Shown: one piece after another, positions 39,671-52,800 of the stretch | Numbering within the stretch: position 1 is the stretch's first letter | Layout: every line of letters begins with the position of its first letter | Assembly: GCA_027622665.1 (NCBI GenBank) | Contig: JAQBYT010000001.1 | Location: 352,001 to 416,000, forward strand | DNA: 64,000 bases | Reading direction: 5' to 3' | Source of the DNA: Verrucomicrobiota bacterium | GTDB taxonomy: Bacteria > Verrucomicrobiota > Verrucomicrobiia > Opitutales > Seribacteraceae | The notes under the pieces: model-generated | Told to the model about the DNA's origin: nothing | Seen by the model: only the letters and a program-made list of their open reading frames with translations | The model's database searches: none | Program-made: the position numbers and the translations under genes

Positions 39671-42600
39671 ATGAAAAGTTTGATCGCTGATTTGGCCCGA
39701 AGGAAAAGAGCCGTTGTGCGAACGGTCTTTTTGCTGGTAGGCATTTGTGCCGTTTCCTCGGGCTACGCCCAATCGCCACCTCCCCTTCCTCCATTACCTC
39801 TGGTGGGCGAACCGGTTCCCGGTCCGGATGGATTTCCCCCGTTGCCCGGATTGGGTGGCGGAGAGCCCGCTCCTGTCGAAAGCCCTCCCTTATTGCCGCC
39901 TTTGCCGGGAGTGCTCGAGCCCGTGGATATATCTCCAGAGGCAGTAGACCCCCTGCCCTTGATTGACGCTGGAGGGCCTGGGGTCTTCCCCCTTGGACTT
40001 ATTCCATCAGAGCCTTCGACTTTGCCCGAAACGGAACTCCCTCCACCCTTGGCGGATGGATCGAACTTATCTGAGCCAGGTAAACCCGATCCAGTCGAAG
40101 TATCTGGCTTTAGCCTTCCGCCGGTGACTGATAACGCTGGCCTTTTGCGACTCCTCGACGAAGTGAGAATTCGCTTAAGAAGGGAGGACTACCAAGGAGC
40201 TCAGGCCTTAACCGAACAAACTCTTCGCACATTTGCCGAGACGGCCGAAAACGCCTTCTACCTAAGGCAGTTTCGCAGGGAGCAAACAAATCTCTACTAT
40301 CGTATGGCTCATAAAGCCCTTAAGGAAAAAAGATATTCTCTAGCGAGTCAATACCTCGGGCACTATCAAGAAAATGTGGCTCGTGACGCCGAGGATCGTA
40401 AACGAGCCAGAGAGGTGCGTGTCGGCACCCAAGGCAAAAGCGATGTTTCACTCGTAGGAAAACTGGTCGAAGAACTCGATGAAGCAAAAAAAGAACTTGC
40501 GGAAATTCGTGCGAAATCAGGCCTTCCCGAAAGTGATGCCAAAGTAGATTACGAGCGCATTATGGCTCAGGAGCAACAAGAACTTGTGAAGGCGAAAAGC
40601 AGAGCGGAGCGATTGCTGAAAAAAGCTCGAATAGATTCTGCAGACGGTCAGTATGAATTAGCTAAAGATCAAGTGGATGAAGCCTTGTCTTTCCTGCCGA
40701 AAAACGTGGCGACCATAGCGTTGATTAGTGATCTCTACAAAGCCAAGCAGCAAATTCTTTGGTATCGGATTGGGGAAGCCATGCAAAAGGGACGCGTGGG
40801 TAATGTTCAGATTCTCGTGCTTGAGTATCAAGATGTGGAAAAGGAGCGACGAAGTGAAGAGGTTGCCACCCTCGGCATCGAAGAAGGACCTGACTTCGAG
40901 GGGGAAATGAAAAAGGCGAGGGAGAAGGCAGAGCAACAAGCGAAACTTGCCGAAAGGATGCTTGCCGGAGCCAAAGGCAATATCCGAGACAAGGAATATG
41001 GAAAAGCACAGCAGGATCTAGTGAAAATCACTAATTATCTTGAACCAAGCACTCGCACTTGGCCAATCATCTTGGATGCCGCCATTACTCGCAATCAAAT
41101 CAATTTGGAAAAAGCGGAGGATGCAAGAAAGGCAAAAGATTGGGAATTGGCCAATCAGTATACCGATGAATACAGGACGGGTCTTCTACAGGATCGAAAT
41201 GTCATGGGTGCGGGAGACATGGATCTTGGGAGACCAGGCCTAGAGTCCACGAAGGGTAAAGGCGCTGTAGACAATCTCATGAAAAGATCCGACCGAATGC
41301 GGGGCAGAATCGAGGATGATATGAAAAACCCATACCGACGACATATATCGGAATTTTCACCCGAGCGGGAAGATCAGTTGGAAGATTTGGGCAAATTGCT
41401 CATGCGAGCGAAAGTGCAGTTCATCAATAACGATTTAACGGGAGCTCAAGAGACCTACCGCCTTATCGAAGCCCGCTATTCAGAGAATTATGAAGCTAAG
41501 CAGATGCTTCGTCGCATTGCCCAAGTCCGCCAAGAAGAAAGCTATCTCGGCTATCTTCAAACACGAGAGTCGATGCTTGAGGAAATTAATCGCGAATGGG
41601 AGAGACCAAAGGTTTTCGAGCGACAAATCGACGATGTTAAGCCTGTCCAGGAAACAGGAAACAATTTATTGGAAAAATTAAAGACGATTAATATCCCAGC
41701 GGTTCAGTTTTTCGAATCTCCCTTACCGGAAGTGGTGGCGGAACTGCAAAGACTTGCCAAACAATTTGACTTTGCTGAACAAGACCCCACGAAAAAAGGC
41801 GTTAATATCGTTGTTTTACAGGAAGCAGGGGAGCCCCCCCCCAACGTGACCATTACTTTAAACGGGATGGCCTTGGATCGAATGATCAGTTTTATTTCGG
41901 AAATGGTCGGTTGGAGTTTCGATGTAAGAAACGATGCGGTTGTTCTCTCAAAAACAGGTGCTGGCGGTGGACGACCTATTGGTTTGGAAACCGAATTCTA
42001 CGAAGTCTCTCAAGGCATGAAAAAAAGAATGATCGGAGAACCGGCAGCGGGAGCCGGCGGCGCCGATCCCTTTGCGCCACCTGGCGGTGGGGGCGGCGGT
42101 GGGGCTGCCGAAGACGGGGCCAAAATTCGCGACTTTCTCGAACAGGCGGGTATACCATTCGAAGACGCCAGAGGCCATAAGTTCGTATTTGACGATTTCC
42201 AAATGATCGTCACGCACCAGCGGCGATTTTTGGATTTGATCGAGCGCATTCTCGAGCGATTGGACCAAGACTCTAGCCGACAAGTCGAAATTGAGACAAA
42301 GTTTCTTGAGGTGCAAGAAGGTGTTTTGGATGAAATAAGTTTTGATTGGAACATGCGCTGGGGTGCTCGACAACCTGTATTCGACTCAGCCACGGGGATG
42401 CCAACAATTGATTCAGGAGGTGTTGAGCAGTTTAAATACAACAAAAATTTCCGGGGCAACTCCAGAACCTTGGCCTTGGCCCATGCTCCCAGCGGAGTGG
42501 AAAGGAATATTCAAATAACTTATGACCAAAACCCGGAAGCTAATCAGCAATTTGGTCAACCAATTCCAATGATGCCGGGAAACATAGGAATTGGTGCAGG

Positions 42601-43435
42601 GGTAGATTCATTGATTGACTGGACGGGTTCAATTTTAGGCATAAGGGAAGCAACTCTTTTGGTTAACGCCCTAAAAAGAAAACAAGGTACGGATTTGCTA
42701 AGTGCCCCACGGGTCACGGTCATGGATGGTCAGCCGGCAAGTATTACTATCGCTCAGGAATTCATTTACCCCACCGACTGGCAACTCCAGCAACAAGGAG
42801 GGGCAGGAGGGGGAGCAGGGGGAGCAGGTGGAGGCATACAGTTCCCTCAACCTGCACTTCCGCAATTTGATACTGTAGCACCCGATGATGAGCAACCTGG
42901 TTTTCGTGAAGTCGGTGTTGTCCTTGACGTCACTCCAAGGATCGAAAAATACAATTCAATCGCATTGGAGATAAATCCTAAAGTAACAGAGTTTGATGGT
43001 TTTATAGAATACGGGGGGCAGCAGATTGCGGCAGTCCAATCCTTTTCCGGCAGCGGCATAGTAACTTCGCCTTCAGGTATTCTCATGCCAATATTCTCGG
43101 TTCGAAAAGTGAGCACAACTGTAACCATCTTTGATGGTGCAACCGTTATTATTGGAGGGCTTACTCGCGAAGAAGTAAAGACAGTAAATGACAAAATTCC
43201 GGTTCTAGGGAATATTCCCCTCATCGGAAGACTATTTCAGTCGCAGGCGGAAAGTTATCAGAAGCGAAATTTGCTTATTTTCGTCTCGGCAAGTATTGTG
43301 AGCAGAGGTGGTTCCCCAGTGCGAGAAGTTATTCAAAACATCTCCCCGCAATCGATATTCAAAGATCCCGTGATCATGACGCCAACAGGCACGATAAGAA
43401 GACAGTTTAAGGGTGAGCTCGGAGGAGCCCCGTGA
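39671..43435 (+). CDS. Large type IV pilus/T2SS secretin (Amuc_1098-like, PilQ/GspD family)
   Basis: Signal peptide, Pro-rich linker, long helical TPR-like region, then QVEIETKFLEV, DLLSAPRVTV, REVGVVLDVTP, VTIFDGATVIIGGL, DKIPVLGNIPLIGRLF, RNLLIFV. Confidence 0.92.
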   Translation: MKSLIADLARRKRAVVRTVFLLVGICAVSSGYAQSPPPLPPLPLVGEPVPGPDGFPPLPGLGGGEPAPVESPPLLPPLPGVLEPVDISPEAVDPLPLIDAGGPGVFPLGLIPSEPSTLPETELPPPLADGSNLSEPGKPDPVEVSGFSLPPVTDNAGLLRLLDEVRIRLRREDYQGAQALTEQTLRTFAETAENAFYLRQFRREQTNLYYRMAHKALKEKRYSLASQYLGHYQENVARDAEDRKRAREVRVGTQGKSDVSLVGKLVEELDEAKKELAEIRAKSGLPESDAKVDYERIMAQEQQELVKAKSRAERLLKKARIDSADGQYELAKDQVDEALSFLPKNVATIALISDLYKAKQQILWYRIGEAMQKGRVGNVQILVLEYQDVEKERRSEEVATLGIEEGPDFEGEMKKAREKAEQQAKLAERMLAGAKGNIRDKEYGKAQQDLVKITNYLEPSTRTWPIILDAAITRNQINLEKAEDARKAKDWELANQYTDEYRTGLLQDRNVMGAGDMDLGRPGLESTKGKGAVDNLMKRSDRMRGRIEDDMKNPYRRHISEFSPEREDQLEDLGKLLMRAKVQFINNDLTGAQETYRLIEARYSENYEAKQMLRRIAQVRQEESYLGYLQTRESMLEEINREWERPKVFERQIDDVKPVQETGNNLLEKLKTINIPAVQFFESPLPEVVAELQRLAKQFDFAEQDPTKKGVNIVVLQEAGEPPPNVTITLNGMALDRMISFISEMVGWSFDVRNDAVVLSKTGAGGGRPIGLETEFYEVSQGMKKRMIGEPAAGAGGADPFAPPGGGGGGGAAEDGAKIRDFLEQAGIPFEDARGHKFVFDDFQMIVTHQRRFLDLIERILERLDQDSSRQVEIETKFLEVQEGVLDEISFDWNMRWGARQPVFDSATGMPTIDSGGVEQFKYNKNFRGNSRTLALAHAPSGVERNIQITYDQNPEANQQFGQPIPMMPGNIGIGAGVDSLIDWTGSILGIREATLLVNALKRKQGTDLLSAPRVTVMDGQPASITIAQEFIYPTDWQLQQQGGAGGGAGGAGGGIQFPQPALPQFDTVAPDDEQPGFREVGVVLDVTPRIEKYNSIALEINPKVTEFDGFIEYGGQQIAAVQSFSGSGIVTSPSGILMPIFSVRKVSTTVTIFDGATVIIGGLTREEVKTVNDKIPVLGNIPLIGRLFQSQAESYQKRNLLIFVSASIVSRGGSPVREVIQNISPQSIFKDPVIMTPTGTIRRQFKGELGGAP

Positions 43436-43826
43436 GCCTGATTACGCTGAATGATTGTGCGGAATCTGAGCAAAATCGACGAAACAAAACAGAGGTTTCC
43501 TTTGGCTTGACGAAGCTTTTTGCAAAGATGGAGGCCATGTGCTTCTGTAAAAATTCCGAAAAAATGCATCATTTTCTATACTTTGGCTAATATGGGTCAC
43601 AGCAGACACATTTTGACCTCATCGGAAGTAAAGACGAACCCTTAATACATTTAATAATTAGCAAAATTAATCTTTCTCAGTTTTTACTGAAATTCTTATA
43701 TCCAGTATCCCTCGAAACTTTCATTTATTATACTTTTCCAAAAACATTTTTTTTTGCTTTACGAATCTCTTCGACATCAGTTCTTGGATTCATAAACCTT
43801 TAATAACCAAGCGCTTCAACTATTAA

Positions 43827-46800
43827 ATGTCTTCCTTGCTGAAAAAGACGGCTAAAGTGAAATTATTGTTTCGCGGTGCAGTATGGATGATTTCGTTAGC
43901 TGGTATTATCGGAACAGTGGTTTTTTTGCTCTCGCGCCTGCCCGAGAATACTATTTCCACTAAAAAACAAGACGACCCCGTTCTCGCCCCTAATGGTACT
44001 CCCCGGGCTCTGGGAAAAGTGACTTTACCTAATGTCCCTTCGTCTGAATCTCTCGAATGGTGCTCTCCATCTCGAATAATCGCGACTAAAGCCGATCCGG
44101 TCTTCAAGCTTTTTGGCCAGTGGGTTGCTGCTCGTAAGGAGGGCAGGGCGGAAGTCGAGAAAGGCGTTGTTTTGGCGAAGGAGCGCCGGGAGGTTCTCGT
44201 TCACTTGATCCGTACCGACCCGGAGGCCGCCTTGTCCTTGGCAGTTCCGGAGATCGACAGGCACGATCTACCCAAGGCCATTCTCCCCTTCTTGGGCCGG
44301 TGGGTGAATACTTATGCGGATGTCGAAGCGGTTCATTTTTGTTTGGATCCAAACCACTTGGGCGGCTTCATCAGGCACACCGTCATTCTTCCTGATGGTC
44401 GTCGCCTGAAGGCATCTCTTTACGGAAAGCGCGAAAAACTTCCCACGATGAAGGGCCTCGCCATTCGGGGCATCGCTGTGGGCGATAAGTTGGCGGTGGA
44501 CGAAAATCCTGTCCGCCGCCTAGGAGAAACCGAACTTCGAGATCGCCAACTAGAAGGCTTGGCCGCAGTGGAAATTGCCGATGCAATATATGAATTTCCA
44601 CGCCGGGAAGGTGTTCTTGCCTTTGAGCGTCGAGTGCGTGAAGCCGAGCGCCGGGCCGGGCGTCATCGAGTGCGTTATCCGGTAATTGCCAGCAGTTTGG
44701 GCTCGAGTACGATTATTGACCTCAAGTACAAGGTGGTTACCGTGTCTTCCGATTGGGAGACGGCCAAGGAAGATGCGGAGAACAGCGGTGGACGGTTGGT
44801 TTGCATCGGTTCCGCTCAGGAAAATGAGGATGTTCGCAAGCTTTTGGCTGATGCCAACGTCATGGGCTTGTTTCCCGAATACAACGGCACGGTGCCATAT
44901 GCCTGGATCGGGGGGACGGATGACGAGAATACTAGTGGAAGTTCTTTCAACAAAGTTACGGACTCCACCGAATATTTTGACTTGAATGCTACGGAAGGAA
45001 ACTGGACTTGGCTCGACGGGACCACTTTTGCCGCCTATTCCAACTGGGCAGACGGCGAAAACGATAACGCAACGAACCCCGTGCTTGCGGAAGCGGAAGA
45101 CTTTGCCGTTATGGACTGGAATGCCGGCGGTCTCTGGCGGGACCTAAAGCGAGATTTTCATTTGCCATACGTTATAGAGATGGATCTTGGTGATCAGCCC
45201 GATGCGAGTGACGTTCCTATTTCCGACAACCGTAAAGTGTTGGTTATACGAGCTCGTTTTCAGGATGAGGGCGTGGAATACGCCGGATCGTCCAAGCCTG
45301 TTGTTGACCAGGATGGCAACATAATAAATCCCGACAAACAGCAAGATGTTTTCGAGCCCGTTACCGGACTTCAAGTGCGTCAAGAAATGGAAAAAGTACG
45401 AGAATTTTATCAACGGAATTCGGATGGCAAACTGAACCTGGACTATGTAATCACAGGAACCGTGACGATACCCTACAAAAGGTGGGAACAGCATGAAATG
45501 TTTGGTGACATCGCGACTGTGACCACTCCGGATTTTATGGATGCAGCGATAGTCATAGGAGCTCCAATGGCGCGAGCTGCGCAGGTGAGCCCCGAGGATT
45601 GGGATTTCAGTGGACCAGCCTTCAACGGAGTGATCGGCATAGAGGTGAATGCCAGTGGAGGCGGCTACCTTTATCCACCCCTTGTTCGAATCGAGGGTGG
45701 CGGAGGCGCAGGAGCGAAAGCCGAGACCTTTCTTGATAACAATGGTAGCATTGCATCGGTTTTGGTTACGGATACGGGAAGGGACTACACCTCCGTTCCC
45801 GCGATTACGGTCGAAGGGGCCCATCAAGACCCCAATGGTGACGCTAATGCCACGCTGAGTGCTAAGGTCGGAAGGACTGCGGTTTCATGGATATCCATCA
45901 CCACGGGGGGTAACCCCGGAGGGGTGGGCATGGTTGGCGCCCCGGGCTCACACGTCAATGCAGCGACATGGGATGCTGGTGTTGCGGTCCATGAGCTTGG
46001 GCATAACTTCGGGTTCCAGCATGCCAATCGGTACGAGTCCGTTGGCGAGAAAGCAATTAGCGACGAAGGCGGAACGATCGATTACGGCAATCCATATTCC
46101 GTCATGGGCACGGGAGGCATTGGAGCCGACCTTACGGTGGCAGCCAAATCCGTTGCCCAGTTTGGCTACACGACCAGTTCTGCCACGGGAGCTGACGTGA
46201 CCGTCCTTGCCACGGGAGCTGACATTGTGGCAAGCAGATGGCGTGAATTGAACGCCACCCGGCAAAACGTTTTTCGAGTCTACCGACACGACCACGGTTC
46301 AGCCCCATATCCATTGCGGTTAGGGTCCTACCATGTGATCATACCGACCGATGTCGACTTGCCTACTGATTTCAACGGGAGCATAACCGTGGCTATTGGC
46401 GGTCCGGGCACGGAGGCGACTGCCTCCGCCTCCGTTACCGGGTCTGACCGTAGTTACATTTTGGAGATTGAGAATCCCGGCATCGGTTTTTCGGAAGAGC
46501 CGAGAATCGAGTTGATTAACGAACAAAACGCCACTCTATTGCTTGATCCTGCTTGGATTCAGGTTTTGGCGGGCCAAAAATCGATAAAAGCCGAATTGCG
46601 AGATCGCTCACCGTCTTCCGCCAAGGGATTGCGAGCCATTCGTTTGTCCGCCTCCTCGAAAGCCCCTTACTCCTCCTACCTTGTCTCTTACAGGCAAGCC
46701 GCAACAAAAAATGGCCTGAACTTATTAAATGCCGATGGCTCCGACAACATTTTGCTGGATCTCACCCGCAACACGCCTGACGATTTTAACGACGGTTCCC

Positions 46801-49800
46801 TAATGATAGGGCAGACCTATTCGGACTACGACAGCGACATACACGTCACGCCCGTATCGCGAGGTGGAAATTCACCGATGGAATATTTGGAAGTCGCCGT
46901 GAACGTGGGGACAGTTGCGGCCGAAAACGCATCCGCCCCATTATTCTCCCTGCAGACAAGTAATCTTCGCCCGGAGGTAAATCAAGGAGTCGAATTTACC
47001 GTCATGTTGACCGGGGATGCCAACCTTTCGCGATATGCCTTCTCTTGGTATTACGACGAGAGACCTCTTATTGGTAACGCCTACCTAAACCAGCCAACAA
47101 TAATAAAGACTTTCGACTCCGTGGGGAACCATAACCTCCGTGCAGTGGTTTCCGACATGAAGGGTGGCGTATCCTCGCAAACCGTAGTCCTTGCCGTGGG
47201 CGAGCCCGAGCAAGCCGGCATATCGCGCATCGAGGGCGTGGTCGAATCCACCACCGGACCCGTGCAGGGGGCAAGGGTAGTCCTGCAAAAGGCTCCCGTC
47301 ATTCAGCATGTGGTCACCGTCTCGGGCGACCTTATTTCTTCTCGGATACCAGGGGGACAGGCGTACGCCACGAAATTCCTCATTGATGGTCAAAGGGCGC
47401 CTCGTCTCGAATTTCGACGAGGAGAGATTCACCGTTTTGAGTACGAGCCGTCCGCGGAAGGTTATCCAATCACTTTTTATTCCGCCCCGGACAGCGAGCC
47501 GGCCAAGGTGGAATTGAAGCTCATTTACTCTCCCAGAGTGGAAGAGCCGGGTTCGGGTTACAGGCAAAATCCGGCAGTCGTGCTGGATGGCGGAATTTTC
47601 GACTCCTACGAAAGCAACCTCATTCGTTCCTACGTCGAATATCTTGAGGAGAATGGTTCGAGCACGACCCTAGCCAGGATTGTTTACAAGCCATATGCAA
47701 AATCACTCCTGATGGATACCGGGGTAGAAGCTATACATACTCGCAAAGTGGCGGATACTCAAGGCGGCGATGGGCATCACCCGGCTTCCCCGCCTTCGGT
47801 CACTATTAGTCGGCAAAGTCTCTGGGAAGATTACAGCGATTTAAATGCCACGGCCAAAGCTTACGTAGATGGAGTGGGTACCATCTTCGTTCTAGAGGCC
47901 GGTGCGGGCTATCCGGATTCTCCATCCATCGCCGTTGTGGGGCGCGGCGTGGAAGCATCCGCATCGACCCAAACAATGGGGGTCACAAACGAAAAAGGCC
48001 AAACGCAACAGGACATGATCAAGAAAGTTTCCGTTGTCGACCAAGGTCAAGGTTATGACCTCAACACTACCTTGGCGACCGCCTTGTACCCCCCCAACCC
48101 TTTTGCCTACTGGTCCTTCGATCGCGAGGAATCCTTATTCCGCCAGAATTACTATCCCCGCAAGGACAAGCTTATGCTGGAACCCTCCCCCGGCTGGCTC
48201 CGACCCATTACCCGGAGCTTGAAAGCCCATTGGTCGATGGACGAGGAGAATTCCACCATGGAACTGAACGCTACCATCGCCGATCATCACATCGGGGCCA
48301 CTCCCGTTCTCGGGCAAAAAACCGATTACAACGCCACCATGGAACTGAACGCTACCATCGCCGATCGCTCCGAGTGGGGCATTCGAGGTCGAGCCATACG
48401 GCTTCAAGGTAATTCTACCGTCGAGGAATATCTCGCTCCTGATTCACCTAACAAATTTCTTGGCGATTCCTTTACGGTTTCCCTTTGGGTGAAGCCCGAT
48501 GGTAGCGGCAGTTTTCACGGACTGGCCTCCCAGGCCGGGACTGGGGATGCCTTTTCGCTCTACTGGAATACCGTTGATTTCATTGGAATTCTTTATCAAG
48601 CGGAGGAAAATGGCGGTTTGGTAAGCGACGTTGTTTTGGAGGGAGGTGATTTAAATGCCGGTGAATGGACACATGTCGCCTATGCCTTCGACGAAGACTC
48701 CGCGACCGCGAGCATGTATGTGATGGGTGAACTGGTGGCCAGCAAGACCTTTACTCTCGCTGGCAACTTCAACAAAATTTCTGGGCGTGCCTCGGACTTT
48801 ATTCTAGGTAAGGCCTTTACGGAAACCTCAAGCACCGAATACCTCAACGGTTTTCTAGACGAAGTCAGCGTCTTCGACCGTGCCTTGGAGCCACGTGAGA
48901 TTCGCCAACTGTCTGGCGATTTGTTTCTCGATCTTTCCGGACAAAACCGTCACGGCGTCGCCATGGATATGCCGATGAACGATCCCGACGAGTTGAACGC
49001 AGGGGTGGTGGCGGGCAACCAAAACGACGGCCTCGACCTTAGCGGCGCCCGATACGTCGACCTTTCGCAGACCGCCCAAGACTTTGCCGCGCTCAGCACG
49101 GGCAGCGTCAGCTTCTGGTTCAAGACGACTTCCTTGGAGGACGGAACGCCCGCTGACGGTACTATTCTGGCCGCCTCGGACAAAGATGCCCCCGATTCCT
49201 TCTTTCGACTTATGGTTCGCGATACGGGTCAGCTCCAGTTTCATGTGTCCAACGACGGGGTGGAGGTTACGCGCTTTTATACCGAGAACATCTTCAACGA
49301 CTTCAAGTGGCACCACGGGGTGCTTGTTGTAAACGAGGCGGACTCACTGTTTTACGTCGATGGCATAGCCGTGGGGTTGCGTATTGCAGGACAAGGGCAA
49401 AGCGCTCCCCGTGGCTTTTTCGCCGACATTGAGAACATCGATTACATGGGCATCGGTCGCCACCAAACGAGCGAGGCAAACCAAACCAATTATTTCAGCG
49501 GCGAACTCGATGAAGTCTGGATTTTCGATCGTGTTCTCGAGGCTCCGGAAATATCTTTTTTACACGATTTGCGCCCCGAAGTTAAAGATGTCTTTCGAGC
49601 CTCGCTGGAGGCTCGCGTGGATTCAGTGGGAACGGTGAAAGTGACTGCCCCCGGAGCAGGCTACAAGGAGACCCCGGCGGTAACCTTTTCTCCGGGCGAT
49701 ACAGTCGGTTATACGTGGATAGGCTCCGCCGAGGACGGGAACGTGTCTCGGTGGTTGCCCTTGAACTTGGCACCCGGGTCCAGTCAACCGGATGAGTGGG

Positions 49801-52800
49801 ATGCCTCCGCCACCTACGTAAAGGGTGATTTGGTTCGTTACCGAAACAACGCTCTAGCCAATTGGTATACCTATTCCGCCTTTCGCGAGAACAACGACAA
49901 GAAACCCCTGGAGGCGAACCTCATGGAGAACAATTCTCGTCACATTTATCCCGATGCCGTGTGGCAAAGGCATGAACGCAGCGAGGGCAGTATGACCTAC
50001 GGAGTTCTCTATCTCCAGCCGACAGGCCTGGAAAGCATTCTGCTAACCAAGGACATGGGTCCGGCGGCGGTTTCAAATAATTTCAACCACTTTCTCCTGC
50101 CTGACGGCAACCCAGTCGAGCGGAGATACGTCGAATACGTCGGCGAAAACGGAACTGCATACGAGCTAAGCGGAGGTCATGTGTGGGCTCATTCATTTGC
50201 GTCTTCCCAATATTATTCACTACCGAAGCCTGGGCCCGCGTCTGGCGTTTTTGGATTTCGGGCTCCGCCCTCGATTGTCATCGAGGGCTCCGAAACCGAT
50301 GACAACGCCACCGGTAGTCATCTGTTCTATATTGATCCGGTGGAATCTGTTCTCATTACAGATCCCGGAAACGGATATTTGGATCCCGAAGGGATTGCTG
50401 TCGGGGATGTGCGCTTTCGCGGAAAGGGCTCTACCCCCCCTCGGTTCGAGGCCATAATGAGGGAACAAGCCATCCATGGATTCATTTTAAGAAGGCCGGG
50501 CACCGGGCCCTATGACTTCGACGTCGAAGGCAACTCCACCCTCGACGGCATTTTTGATACGCTTACGGAGAGAGGATTGGGCGGTCTCAGCGATGGTGAA
50601 AGATCTCTGAGTATGCTAAAGCCAGCCGCATTAGCGGGAACTCCGGAAATAACGACGAAAGATAACGGCGACATTGTTTATTATCCGGCATCGGAGGGGT
50701 TTTGGGGCACTCGCGACGTTTTCTATGACGCCAAAGACGGTCAATTGAAGTTGCGCAATCCCGAGCGACTGTTGAGTTTCATTGGAGACGGCACAGGAGA
50801 GAAGCCGCCCGTGGTCGAGGTATTTCTCTCCGACAAATTGGACGTGGAACGGGGCGTGGCCCCCCGAAAGTACGAAGTCAAGGCTATGCGGATAATGCCC
50901 GCGGAAGACCTGGGATCGGCGAAACCCGACTACGGTTCCGGCTGGGTGAAGCCGCCCACGATTTATTTCGATTTGAATGCGACCGCTGACCGCCAAGTTA
51001 ATGCGAGCAGCTTGACTTTTACGAACATGTTGTCCCACGTACAGATACTGGACAGTGGGCTCGGCTACTCCGTGCCGGTGGAAGTTAATTTCCACGGCGG
51101 GTATGACATCCCATGGAATTACAAGGACTTGAATCATTCCCGAGCCCGCATTCTGCCCGACGAGGTCGATGAGAACGGAACCCTTTCGGCGGATGCCATC
51201 GAGTTGCTGGATCCCGGTACCGGCTATAGTCGACCTCCCTTCGTTTCCATAACCGGCGGCGGAGGAGTCGGTGCTCGCGCTCGTGCTTTTCTTAATGACA
51301 GCGGGGAGGTCGCCGCTATCCTCGTTACGAACGGTGGTCGCGGCTATTTCAATCTGGACGCAAACAACACCCCCAAGGCGGTCTTGGTTTATCCCGCGGG
51401 ACAAGCGACAAAGGATGCCAACGTTACTATGCGCTTGGGTGGCTCTCTCGACGAAATTCCCGTGCAAGGCTTGGAATCGACCCGTTTACACCATATTGCC
51501 CCATGGGTACTGATTACGGACAACGCCGGAACGGGCAAAGGCGCCACTGCATTTGCCAAGGTGGTGAACGGTCGTATTGAGAAAGTGATCGTGGAAAACG
51601 CAGGTAACAGTTATCTCGACCCACGCATTGAAATCCTTACCGCGTCTCCAAATAATGCAGATGCATTATTTTTATCCAACCCCAATTACAGGGACGAGAT
51701 CGACGGCTGGATACCATTTAATGCCAGATGTTCAGCGATTTTCAGCAATGGCCAGATCGTCGAAATCATCGTAGATAATCCCGGGTCGGGTTATGCTAGC
51801 CCTGAGATTGTGGTGGCGGGGACGGGCTCGGGCGTGGAGGCAATACCCGTGTTCGGCGATACAGGCAAGATCGTCCGCATAGTTTATGACGATCCTGCTC
51901 TCAAGAACGAGGAACTGAGCCCAGTGTCCTCGCCCTCCGGGGCGGGCCAGGGATTTTCCGAACGTCCATGGGCATTGGGCGAGGTGGTGCGCGTAACAGT
52001 GGTGGACGAGTATTCCTACTCTCGAGCCAATCATTTTCACGAAGCTGCTTTTCCATTGAAAACGGCGGACCTCTTCATTGGCTTGCCTGCCACGCGTGAC
52101 TCCGCGGGTGATCAAGTTTCCGAATTCACGATCCATGACCATGGCATTGGTTACGGTGCCGATGCCCCTTCCATCCGCATCGATTTCAATTCCAGCCATG
52201 CCAAAAGTTTCAGAGACGCTTGTGCCACAGCTTTCCTTACCAGGGGGTTGAGCGAGATGGTTCTCGAAGGCAACGGAACCTATGAAGATTCCAACGGCAA
52301 GTGGCGGTCCGTTTTCGAAGAAATTCCGGTAGTAGAAATTCATCGCGCAAACCTTGAAGAAGAAGATGCCTACAAGCTGACAAGTGTTGGGCGCAACGGG
52401 GATATCGATTACGATCCATTGGCCCACCGGCGTTTCATAGACGTAGTGGTCGACGATGCGTTTCCTTCTTACTCCAGTTATTCTCTTTCGGATTGGGACC
52501 GCGAGGGTTTGGGTGGCGAAATTCACACTCTCGATTCGGCCCCCTCCCTTGATTGGCGTGTGGTGACCAAGTGGGAGCCCGGCAAATACCGGAAGGGAGA
52601 CGTCGTATGGTGGGAGACCGATGCCTACGAAGCTCTCGCCACCTTTGTCTCGGGGAGTTTGAAAACGGAATCCGCCGGAGAAGACGGGGACCAGTTTTGG
52701 CGCAAGCTTAACGGGCAAAGCGGCGCCATGTCGGCCTTAGGTGTAGTAACAGCCTTCAACCATGAATTTGGATCTAGTAGCATATCTGTTTCTCGGGTAC

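Noticed and set aside
42795..42836. GGAGCAGG-like tandem repeats in the secretin gene
   Set aside because: They simply encode a Gly/Ala linker; not a CRISPR or regulatory repeat.
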